Under the pieces are notes generated by a model, which saw only the letters and a list, made by a program, of their open reading frames with translations, was not told the DNA's origin and did no database searches. A stretch of DNA of 64,000 nucleotides, from IMG/VR virus record IMGVR_UViG_3300021962_000036, positions 1 to 64,000 of that record. One strand, 5' to 3'. Numbering within the stretch: position 1 is the first letter of the stretch; each line of letters opens with the position of its first letter. The translations under genes were made by a program, and so were the position numbers. Shown here piece by piece: positions 26,552 to 35,310 of this stretch. Origin of the DNA: a virus.

Positions 26552-26599
26552 AAAAACAGAAAGAAAAAGAAGAAAATAATTAACCAACAAAAACAAATT

Positions 26600-27616
26600 A
26601 TGGAAGTAACAATGATTGAAAAACATCAGACCTTTAAAAGGTCAAGTACTCTAGCAGTACGTCCGTTCATTGACACAATGAATTCTAACATGGGTCTTGA
26701 AAAGTATGAAATGGTACTTTTTGAAGGAGTGTTCCATGAGGAACAGTTAGCATGTTTAGAAAACAATGGTATCAAAAGATACGTAACAGGATTGAATGAA
26801 TTTGCTCCTGAGATCAAACAATTAGATGAAGATGAAAGAGAAGCAGCAATTAAGCAGATTCGCATGACTGTTGCTCAACTTGAAAAAGAACTTGCATCTA
26901 ATGTGTTAGATCCAACTGATGAACATTTCTGGAACAAAGTAAAATTACTTAGACCAGACAATGATGAGTTTTGGAGTAAAATCATTATGAGATTTGGTAA
27001 TGAACCAATCTATTTAGATCCTGCAAATGATCCTTATGACTTGATTAAGCTAAAAGCTATTGAAGCTGGTGGTTTTTCTGCTGTCGTAAAGAATCTTGAA
27101 GTAGCAAGAACATCTCCTGTACCTCCTAAGTTTTACTTGGATAAGTATGAAGAAACTGCTTCTGTAAGAACTGAAGTTAAAAAATTACGTAATAAGGCAT
27201 TGTCTGAATTACAAAAGTTATTTGATAAGAACACAAACAAGTTGTTCTATGTATGTAAAGTAGTAGATGGTAACTCAACGCAGTACAAAAAGTCTACACC
27301 ACTTGACATACTTTATGACAACATGGATAAATACATTAATGGTGAAACTGTAGATAAAGACAAACGTAAAACTGCAGAAAGATTCCTAGATGTATGTTTA
27401 ATGGATATGGAAACATTGAAATTAAGATCTCTTGTTAAGGATGCAAACTTCTATAAGATTATTGCTACCAGAGCTGATGGATTTATCTATCACATGAAGA
27501 GCAGTAGCTTATTGGGTAAAAACTCTTCTGATGTTGTAGAACATTTGAAGAATCCTTTAAACGAAGAAACATTGGTAGATATTACAAAAAATGTAGAGAA
27601 ATACTGGAATAACTAA
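26600..27616 (+). CDS. conserved post-capsid head-module protein
   Basis: Start moved to ATG 26600 (MEVTMIEK); position after the MCP. Confidence 0.75.
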   Translation: MEVTMIEKHQTFKRSSTLAVRPFIDTMNSNMGLEKYEMVLFEGVFHEEQLACLENNGIKRYVTGLNEFAPEIKQLDEDEREAAIKQIRMTVAQLEKELASNVLDPTDEHFWNKVKLLRPDNDEFWSKIIMRFGNEPIYLDPANDPYDLIKLKAIEAGGFSAVVKNLEVARTSPVPPKFYLDKYEETASVRTEVKKLRNKALSELQKLFDKNTNKLFYVCKVVDGNSTQYKKSTPLDILYDNMDKYINGETVDKDKRKTAERFLDVCLMDMETLKLRSLVKDANFYKIIATRADGFIYHMKSSSLLGKNSSDVVEHLKNPLNEETLVDITKNVEKYWNN

Positions 27617-28314
27617 TGAACAATAACCTACTACAAATTAAAGTTAAAGAGAGATTGAATAAACTTTCTTCTCAGGACTATGACAACATTGAGTGTTGGC
27701 AGATTGTTGAGGCTTTCAACAAAGCTCAACTTGAATGGGTACGTAGGCAAGTTCACGGTCATAACCAAGGAAAAGAAGGTAGTGAGCAAACAATCATGAA
27801 CATTGATGATTTGCAAATACTTCTTGTAGAGCAAAATTTAACTGCTACACAATTTCCTTTGTATTATGAAACAGCTGTTATTCCTGCAAACTACATGTTT
27901 TATAAAAGAATATCTGTAAATGCTATAACTGAATGTTGTCCTGAAAGACCATTGATTGTTTACTTAGCACAGGTTGCGGATGTTGATTCTTTGTTATCTG
28001 ATGATTTTAGATCACCAAGTGCTAAATGGGGTGAAACATTTTCAACAATTCAAAGTAATAAATTCAGAATTTATACAAATGGTGAATTTAATCTTTCAAC
28101 GCCAAAACTGGTTTACTACAGAAAACCAAGAAATATTTCTTTCTTGGGATGTATTAACCCTTCAACAGGAACAGCTGATGTTGATGTTGAATGTGAATTA
28201 AAAGATGATATTGTAGAAATGGTTATTGATGAAGCATGTTCTATTATAGCAGGAGATATTGAATTATTTAACCAATACTCAAGAACAAAACAACAAGCAA
28301 CAATAAACAATTAA
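27616..28314 (+). CDS. head-tail adaptor / ring protein candidate
   Basis: LNKLSSQD...FNKAQ...YYRKP...CELKDDIVEMVID; position in the structural block. Confidence 0.6.
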   Translation: MNNNLLQIKVKERLNKLSSQDYDNIECWQIVEAFNKAQLEWVRRQVHGHNQGKEGSEQTIMNIDDLQILLVEQNLTATQFPLYYETAVIPANYMFYKRISVNAITECCPERPLIVYLAQVADVDSLLSDDFRSPSAKWGETFSTIQSNKFRIYTNGEFNLSTPKLVYYRKPRNISFLGCINPSTGTADVDVECELKDDIVEMVIDEACSIIAGDIELFNQYSRTKQQATINN

Positions 28315-28318
28315 TAAT

Positions 28319-28762
28319 ATGGACTTTGCTGGACAATATAAAACCTTGAAAAGAACATCAACAGGATATCCTGCTGCAACGTCATGTGAAGCTCAAACTG
28401 CAGCATGTGTTACTGAATTAATGAACGCCTCTGTTAGCTTTCACAAATTACATTTGAAAGTTACAGGACTTGGTTCATTTTCTGCACATAAAGCATTGAA
28501 TGAGTTATATGATTCTTTGCCAGGTCATGCTGACGCTGTAGCTGAAGGATTTCAAGGAGCATCAGAAAAATTGCTAAATTATGAAGATTCTGCTCCAAGA
28601 ATTTTGAATTCTGTAGAAGAAGCGTTATCTTATTTAAGAGAGATGAAAGAGATGGTATCTGGATTACAAACAATAACACCATATAGTGAAGTTGTAAATG
28701 ACTTAGATAACATTAAAAGTACTATCAACTCTATTAAGTATAAATTGTTATTCTTAAAGTAA
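28319..28762 (+). CDS. ferritin/Dps-like four-helix-bundle protein
   Basis: HKLHL...HKALNELYD......DAVAEGFQG...KYKLLFLK. Confidence 0.7.
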   Translation: MDFAGQYKTLKRTSTGYPAATSCEAQTAACVTELMNASVSFHKLHLKVTGLGSFSAHKALNELYDSLPGHADAVAEGFQGASEKLLNYEDSAPRILNSVEEALSYLREMKEMVSGLQTITPYSEVVNDLDNIKSTINSIKYKLLFLK

Positions 28763-28812
28763 AAACAAAACAAAAAAATAAATTCTTTTAACCTTTAAAT
28801 ATTTTAAAAATT

Positions 28813-29967
28813 ATGGCTTACTTTCCACACGCCTTCCAAAAACTCTTAGTAGGAACTGATGGTTTCTCTACTAAAGACGGGCAAAACACATTAGCATTGG
28901 TTGCTGGTGAAATTGGTGTTGTATCTGCACAAGATAACATCATCCAAGACTTAACTGTTGCACCTACATATGCTGCGACACCATTAATTTATCTTGCTCA
29001 AGGTAGCTTCCACGCTAATGACAAGATTGGTCCTTTCCACGGTGGATACAAAGAGACTGTAAAGTCAAAAGGTATCAACCCTAAGTACGTTAGTGCATTC
29101 TACGTAACTGAACCAGCAAATGCTGTAAATCATGTAATCACTGTTGGTGCTGCTGCTCCTTGTGATGTTACATGTAACACAACTTACCGTCTACGTGTAG
29201 ATGTTAAAGGTTCTGCTGCTTTGCGTTTCTTAACTCACAACGCTTACAAAACTGTTGATGCTTTCACAGGATGTTGCGAAGGTGATGTTGCTGGAACTTT
29301 AGTTGATTCAGCTATCGTTTATGAGGCATGGGCTGCTGCAATTGCTGCTGATCCAATCATTGGTAAATTCATTGCTGCTTCATTGTTATACACAGACAAT
29401 TCTGGTGCATCTCCTGTAGTTACTACTACAAAGCCTGCTAACTGGAACACAATTGCTTTGGGTGACAAATGGGTACAATTGAAATTGACTGGTGCTTATG
29501 TAGACACTAAATTTGGTAACTGTTCTTTTGATCCTAAAGATCATTTTGAAATTGAGCCTGTTTATATCTATGCATCTGCTGTTGATTCAACTGGTGATCC
29601 TTGTTCTGAGTCTTGTTTCTTCGTTGCTGAAGTAACTCAAGCTTACCAAGGAAAAGGTTATGGTGAAACTTTAGTTAGAGAATTGATCTTAGCTAAAAGA
29701 TACCAACAAGAGCCTTGGACTCAAGACGTACGTTTACGTGAAGTTTTAGATGATACTACTCTTACTGAGTTGTCTCGTAACTCTAAGTACTTTGCTTACC
29801 ACATCTTACACAGTGTTCCTCGTAAGAGCAACCCAACTGGTATGATGGATGCTGATCAATACTTGGTGAAAATTGTTGTAGACGCTCGTGATGCAGCTTT
29901 TGAATCATATCTTGACACATTATTGTTGAGTTCTGGTAATCATGTACAACTTCAAGTTCAGTTGTAA
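28813..29967 (+). CDS. abundant structural protein (auxiliary capsid candidate)
   Basis: 384 aa, beta-rich, high-expression codons, followed by a terminator. Confidence 0.6.
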   Translation: MAYFPHAFQKLLVGTDGFSTKDGQNTLALVAGEIGVVSAQDNIIQDLTVAPTYAATPLIYLAQGSFHANDKIGPFHGGYKETVKSKGINPKYVSAFYVTEPANAVNHVITVGAAAPCDVTCNTTYRLRVDVKGSAALRFLTHNAYKTVDAFTGCCEGDVAGTLVDSAIVYEAWAAAIAADPIIGKFIAASLLYTDNSGASPVVTTTKPANWNTIALGDKWVQLKLTGAYVDTKFGNCSFDPKDHFEIEPVYIYASAVDSTGDPCSESCFFVAEVTQAYQGKGYGETLVRELILAKRYQQEPWTQDVRLREVLDDTTLTELSRNSKYFAYHILHSVPRKSNPTGMMDADQYLVKIVVDARDAAFESYLDTLLLSSGNHVQLQVQL

Positions 29968-29994
29968 TAACTGATCTTGCTTTCCATACATTGC

Positions 29995-30035
29995 AAAGAA
30001 GGAGGAGAAGGGTGCAACTCTTCCCTCCTTTTTTT
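29995..30035 (+). terminator. intrinsic terminator
   Basis: GGAGGAGAAGGG-TGCAA-CTCTTCCCTCC followed by T7. Confidence 0.8.
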
Positions 30036-30055
30036 GTTTTTGTTAGATATTTTTT

Positions 30056-30072
30056 GTAAATTCTAAGTGTAG
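30056..30072 (+). promoter_or_regulatory. putative late promoter
   Basis: GTAAATTCTAAGTGTAG, near-identical to 36696 and 48136. Confidence 0.65.
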
Positions 30073-30098
30073 AGATTCTATTATAATAAATTCAAACC

Positions 30099-30707
30099 AT
30101 GGCAATAAAACATATTCTGGCATTAGATATTCCAGACACAGCATGTGATACTATTCTAAAAATTTGGGATAGTTCTAGTTATGCTGAGACGTTACCTGTA
30201 GACTGTCCTAGGTTAGACATATTCTTTCCTGGATTTGCAGAACCCTTATATATTACAGAACCAAAGATTGCTCCAGGTTTTGCCCTTAATTTGAATGCTA
30301 AAGACTTTAGTTTACAACATCCTCAAGCAGAGCATTTGATTTCTTTGCCTGATGGTTTATATACAATCAAATACAGTGTTTCTCCTAATGATAAAGTATT
30401 TGTTGAATATTATCATTTGAGAACAACAACAATAATGAATGCGTATTACAAGGAACTTTGTAAAGTACAATTAGCACCTTGTGAACCTTCACCAGAGCAA
30501 CATCAAAAACTACATGATTTACGTTATATAAAAATGTACATTGATGCTGCAAAAGCTAAGACAGAATATTGTCATTCACCTAAGCAAGGTGTTGAAATGT
30601 TAGCATATGCTGACAAATTGCTTAAAAAATATATGACTGGCTGTTGCGTTAGTTGCAGTGGATCACACGGAGGTTATACTCATGGATCACATGGTCATCA
30701 TCACTAA
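30099..30707 (+). CDS. structural protein with Cys/His-rich tail
   Basis: LPDGLYTIKYSVSPN; C-terminus GCCVSCSGSHGGYTHGSHGHHH. Confidence 0.75.
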   Translation: MAIKHILALDIPDTACDTILKIWDSSSYAETLPVDCPRLDIFFPGFAEPLYITEPKIAPGFALNLNAKDFSLQHPQAEHLISLPDGLYTIKYSVSPNDKVFVEYYHLRTTTIMNAYYKELCKVQLAPCEPSPEQHQKLHDLRYIKMYIDAAKAKTEYCHSPKQGVEMLAYADKLLKKYMTGCCVSCSGSHGGYTHGSHGHHH

Positions 30708-30734
30708 GACAAATTATTTAAAACCAATTATAAG

Positions 30735-30923
30735 ATGAACTGTCAAAACTGTGGATCAAAATTATCATGTGGATGTCAAAAAAGAATTGCATCAGATGGT
30801 AAAGAAGTATGTGGCACATGTGCTGCAAACTATGAGAATCAACTTAGATTGAAAGCACTAACTGATAATCAAGTGGCTAAATACCCTTTGATTACAGATG
30901 TAAATAAAACAAACAACACATAG
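30735..30923 (+). CDS. small Cys-rich protein
   Basis: CQNCG...CGCQ...CGTC. Confidence 0.7.
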   Translation: MNCQNCGSKLSCGCQKRIASDGKEVCGTCAANYENQLRLKALTDNQVAKYPLITDVNKTNNT

Positions 30924-30924
30924 T

Positions 30925-31149
30925 ATGGATCCAATAGAACGCATAAGTGAAGTATTTGCTGATTCAGTATTTGTTTCCTACAAGAAAACACGTTATGGTT
31001 TAAAATCTTGTAAGATGACAATTGACGCAGAATACGCAAATGATTTGAGAGAACTTTATTTAAGAACTCTTGAAATGAACACTTGTGGGTTAACTTTTGG
31101 TGGTGGTTGTTCAAAAATTAGTATTGAAGAAAAAATCAAGACAATATAA
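30925..31149 (+). CDS. hypothetical protein
   Basis: 74 aa, coupled to its neighbours. Confidence 0.65.
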   Translation: MDPIERISEVFADSVFVSYKKTRYGLKSCKMTIDAEYANDLRELYLRTLEMNTCGLTFGGGCSKISIEEKIKTI

Positions 31150-32711
31150 TGAAACCTATAAACAGCAACTTAAGATTAAAACCTGAAGATGGATGCACAA
31201 AAGTATCATCTTCATGCGTTATCTGGCAAGGTCCAGATATTCCTTGTATTGAATTATGCAAAGGAGACTCAATTACAGATGTTGTTTATGAGTTAGCAAT
31301 GAAGTTGTGTGAAATAACTTCTGGAGTTATTGATCTTAGTACACTAGATTTTAAATGCTTAGTGCCAACAGGTATTCCTGAACCAACTACAATTATTCAA
31401 GCATTACAGTTGCTTATTGATAAGCAATGTTTTTTTGAAGAAAATTGTTGTGATGATGGACCTGGTGGTAGTACAGTACCTATTCCTATTTCATTACCTC
31501 CATGTTTATATTTTACAGAAGATGGAGATGAAATAACATCTTTACTTCCAACTGATTACAGTTCTTATTTAGCAAGTAAAATTTGTGAAATTATAGATGA
31601 TATTACAAGTATCAATTCTACCATTGCAACATTGCAAAATAGAGTCACTACATTAGAAGCAAGTTCTGGTGGAGGTGGTGGTACTGGAGCAACAATATCT
31701 GTTGTTGCACAGTGTGCTAGTAATCCTATACCTGGAACAGTTGTTCCTATTGGCCAAGCATTTTCTGCATTTGAAAGTAAGTTTTGCCAATTAACAACAA
31801 TTCTTGGAAGCAATGCTGCGTTATCAACTGCGATTGGTACAGAATGTGCAGGATTAGACTCAGCTCCACAACTAGTCAATGGTGATAATACAATGTCAGA
31901 AATTGCAGGTTGGGTTGCTTCTCCATCAACTTTGTCAGAAACCATAGTAAACATGTGGTTGACAATATGTGATATGAGATCTGCAATTGTAAATAGTTTG
32001 AACACTACAATACCATGTATTCCAATTCCTGTATCTAATATTCAAATAACAGATGTAACAAGCACAGGTTCTAAAATAACTTGGTCTGCTCCAAATAATG
32101 GAACTGTGTCAGAATCACCTTTACAATATTTACTAAAAGTATATGAGTGGAATGGTTCATCAACAGTAGGTTCACCTATTGTTAGTGTTATCAAACCTTT
32201 TGGAACAAATTTTCATGACATAACACTTGTTCCTGATCCAGCAAAAGATTATCAAATACAAATTACAGCTGAATATTCTTGTGATCTGTCTACTGTTGCA
32301 ACTACCATTGGTAAAATTGCTTTGACAACTGTCCTATATTGTGTAGCTGTAACAGATGTTGCATATGATGAAATCAATCAATTATGTGATGGTAATTCAT
32401 ATGTTACAAAAAGAAGAAAAACAACCCTTACACTAAAAGATATAGTTTCAGGTAATCCTGTAGCAAATACTTTAGCACCATTTACTGCTGTAATTAATTA
32501 TGACATAGATGGAGATTGTGCTTTAATTACTTCAGAATCAATTACAAAAACATTTGCAACAGGTGTTTCTAGTGTAGATCATATTTATGAAATGGAAAAA
32601 TATGTTCAATGTGCATCAGATCCATGTGCTCCTAAGATTAAATCCTACAATTGTATTGGAAGTATCTCAAGCACAAGAGCTGTAGCATGTAGTGGTGAGG
32701 TAACTTGTTAA
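31149..32711 (+). CDS. Cys-rich fibre/decoration protein with coiled coil and FN3-like domain
   Basis: N-terminal CVIWQGPDIPC module; coiled coil ITSINSTIATLQNRVTTLE; FN3-like PVSNIQITDVTSTGSKITWSAP. Confidence 0.75.
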   Translation: MKPINSNLRLKPEDGCTKVSSSCVIWQGPDIPCIELCKGDSITDVVYELAMKLCEITSGVIDLSTLDFKCLVPTGIPEPTTIIQALQLLIDKQCFFEENCCDDGPGGSTVPIPISLPPCLYFTEDGDEITSLLPTDYSSYLASKICEIIDDITSINSTIATLQNRVTTLEASSGGGGGTGATISVVAQCASNPIPGTVVPIGQAFSAFESKFCQLTTILGSNAALSTAIGTECAGLDSAPQLVNGDNTMSEIAGWVASPSTLSETIVNMWLTICDMRSAIVNSLNTTIPCIPIPVSNIQITDVTSTGSKITWSAPNNGTVSESPLQYLLKVYEWNGSSTVGSPIVSVIKPFGTNFHDITLVPDPAKDYQIQITAEYSCDLSTVATTIGKIALTTVLYCVAVTDVAYDEINQLCDGNSYVTKRRKTTLTLKDIVSGNPVANTLAPFTAVINYDIDGDCALITSESITKTFATGVSSVDHIYEMEKYVQCASDPCAPKIKSYNCIGSISSTRAVACSGEVTC

Positions 32712-32740
32712 TTAAATAGAAACAAATAAAATATAATATA

Positions 32741-34342
32741 ATGTATCCTAATCAATATTGTCATCCTTGCACAGAGCCAACACCATGTGTTCCAGCTCCA
32801 CCACCACCAGATTGTATAGGTGAACCATGTGAAGAAATTGTTCTAGACACATGTGTAAGATATACAGGACCTGCAATTCCATGTCTTGGAATTACTACAG
32901 GTGCAGATCTTAGTCAAGTACTACAAATTATTGCAGCAAGACTTTGTGATTGTTGTGATGGAACACCTCCAGTTGTAAATTGCGTAGTTTCTGCATGGTC
33001 AGAATGGTCAGAATGTATAGATGGTGTTCAGACAAGAACTAGAACAGTAATTCAAGCTCCACAAAATGGCGGTACTGCTTGTCCTCCATTAATAGAAACA
33101 AGATCATGTTGTGAGCCTGTTGACTGTGTAGTATCTGCATGGAGTGATTGGTCAATTTGTGATGGGGATGTTAGAACAAGAACAAGAACTGTTGTTACGC
33201 CAGCATCATGTGGTGGAGTAGCTTGTCCTGTTTTAATTGAAACAGAATCTTGTAACTTACCATTGCCATGTCAACCAATAACAAATATTCTTGGTAGATC
33301 ATTAGATTGTGAAACAATTGAAGTATCATTTTCAGATGGAGCTACAGGTCCAGCAACAAGTTTAGTTGCAGAATTAGTTAGTACAAGTGCACCTTCTGTT
33401 GTTTTACAGTCATTTACTTTCACAACAACTGGCGCTGCTGCATCATATTCTCATACATTTACAGCTGTTGCTCCTGGTTCATACCTTATAAAAGTTTATA
33501 AAACTAGTGCAGCAGGAACTTGTGATGTTGTTACAACTTCTGCTGTAACAGTTGAAGTTTGCGCAACATGTGTGCCATTAACAGACATAGATGTTTTATC
33601 TGACAATTGTGAAACTTTACAAATTTCATTAACTGATGATGGAAACGCTACTGTTTTGTATGCTGAATTATTTAACAATAATGCACCAACTATAGTTGTA
33701 TCTACCAAAACATGGACTCCATTAGGATCAGCTACTGTTTATAGTCATACTTTCACAGGATTAACTCCAGGAAATTATTTTGTAAAAATTTACAAAGATG
33801 CTGGTACTGTAAAATGTGATACAGTTGTAACAAGTGCTGTTTTAGTACAAGGATGTCCTGTAGATTGTGTTGTTTCAGATTGGTCTGCATGGTCTGAATG
33901 TATTGAAGGTGAACAAACTAGAACAAGAACAATAGTTACACCTGCATCAAATGGTGGAACTCCATGTCCTGTATTGACAGAAACACAACCTTGTGAAATA
34001 CCATGTGTCCCTTTAACAAACTTTACAGCAATATCTGATAATTGTGAAACGTTAACCGTTTCAGCAGTAGATAATGGAGAAGCAACAGATTTACATGTAA
34101 CATTGTATAATGCATCTAACCCAACAGTGCCTTTATTTACTCATGATTGGATTCCTACTGGAAATCCTGGATCATACACACATACATTTACAGGTCTTTC
34201 AGGAGGAACTTATATTGCAATAATTTACAAATTGTCAGATCGTTCAACTTGTGATCCAATATCATCAGCAAATGTTGTTGTTGAAACATGTAAATCAGCA
34301 TGTCCTGCACCAACAGGAGTATCAGCTACAGTAACAGCTTAA
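32741..34342 (+). CDS. adhesin-like protein with three thrombospondin type-1 repeats and three Ig/SprB-like repeats
   Basis: 3x CVVSxWSxWSxC...TRTRT...GGxxCPxLxETxxC; 3x CET...YxHTFTxxxxGxYxxxxYK...CD. Confidence 0.85.
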   Translation: MYPNQYCHPCTEPTPCVPAPPPPDCIGEPCEEIVLDTCVRYTGPAIPCLGITTGADLSQVLQIIAARLCDCCDGTPPVVNCVVSAWSEWSECIDGVQTRTRTVIQAPQNGGTACPPLIETRSCCEPVDCVVSAWSDWSICDGDVRTRTRTVVTPASCGGVACPVLIETESCNLPLPCQPITNILGRSLDCETIEVSFSDGATGPATSLVAELVSTSAPSVVLQSFTFTTTGAAASYSHTFTAVAPGSYLIKVYKTSAAGTCDVVTTSAVTVEVCATCVPLTDIDVLSDNCETLQISLTDDGNATVLYAELFNNNAPTIVVSTKTWTPLGSATVYSHTFTGLTPGNYFVKIYKDAGTVKCDTVVTSAVLVQGCPVDCVVSDWSAWSECIEGEQTRTRTIVTPASNGGTPCPVLTETQPCEIPCVPLTNFTAISDNCETLTVSAVDNGEATDLHVTLYNASNPTVPLFTHDWIPTGNPGSYTHTFTGLSGGTYIAIIYKLSDRSTCDPISSANVVVETCKSACPAPTGVSATVTA

Positions 34343-34366
34343 CAAAAAAATAAAAAAAATAAACAA

Positions 34367-35149
34367 ATGGCAACATTAACTATAAATTTTACACCAGTAT
34401 CAGGAATATCAAGTTATGAAATTTGTTATAGACCTGTAGGTGCAACAACTCCTTTTATTTGTATAGAAGATTCCGCATCACCTGTTGTTATAACTTCAGG
34501 GATTGAATGTGGTGTTGCATATGATGTGACAGTAAGAACAAACTGCCCTCCAGGAGAATATTTATCAGACCAAAGTACATCTGCTGTTGCAGTAGCTACA
34601 GCACTAGAATGTCCTCCTGAAATAGTATGTGTATCTTACACAATATCAACATCATCAGCTCAAGGACAAACTTCAGCTTATATTGATTGCATGGATCAAA
34701 TTCAACAAGTAACTGTAGGAGGTGTTAGTGGATATGACGCAACTACATTCTGTGCAAAAGAAGGTAGCGTTGTAATAGCTGGTGAATGTAATCTAACAAT
34801 TAATGGCCCATGTGGTGACCCAGTAGGTCCAATTACAGTAACTGGTGCGTATGGTTCAATGGAACCATGTATTGGCGGTACAATTGATGATTATATGAGT
34901 GCTAGTGTTAGTTTAGATGCTCCAGTTTCTGTAGACACAAATTTTAACGTAAATGTTTTATGGACTCAGTTAAATGGTGGCAGTTGTGCCAGTCCTAATA
35001 CTCAATCATTTACAGTTCTTGTACTAGCTGGGCAAGTATCTGGTCAATTAAATGCATGTAATCAAGGAGCTTATTTTGCACAAGGAGCATCTATTTGTGC
35101 AGCTCAAGTAATGGGTCATGACAACACAGTTGACATAATTAATTACTAA
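34367..35149 (+). CDS. Cys-rich beta protein starting with an FN3 domain that lacks its first strand
   Basis: ATLTINFTPVSGISSYEICYRPVG...YDVTVRTNC. Confidence 0.75.
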   Translation: MATLTINFTPVSGISSYEICYRPVGATTPFICIEDSASPVVITSGIECGVAYDVTVRTNCPPGEYLSDQSTSAVAVATALECPPEIVCVSYTISTSSAQGQTSAYIDCMDQIQQVTVGGVSGYDATTFCAKEGSVVIAGECNLTINGPCGDPVGPITVTGAYGSMEPCIGGTIDDYMSASVSLDAPVSVDTNFNVNVLWTQLNGGSCASPNTQSFTVLVLAGQVSGQLNACNQGAYFAQGASICAAQVMGHDNTVDIINY

Positions 35150-35203
35150 TAAAGATAATAGTCATGCATTAGGTTTGTTGGTTTTCCTACTGTTTTGATG
35201 GAA

Positions 35204-35235
35204 GTGCCCCTGGCGAAAGCTGGGGGTATCTTTTT
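35204..35235 (+). terminator. intrinsic terminator
   Basis: GTGCCCCTGGC-GAAA-GCTGGGGGTAT followed by CTTTTT. Confidence 0.8.
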
Positions 35236-35274
35236 AAAAACCAATTGTTTATAAGAAATTATAAATTAATTTCC

Positions 35275-35282
35275 TATTTTTG
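35275..35282 (+). promoter_or_regulatory. Bacteroidota-type -7 box
   Basis: TATTTTTG 28 nt upstream of the ATG at 35311. Confidence 0.45.
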
Positions 35283-35310
35283 CTAAAGTTTAACCATATT
35301 AAAATAACCT

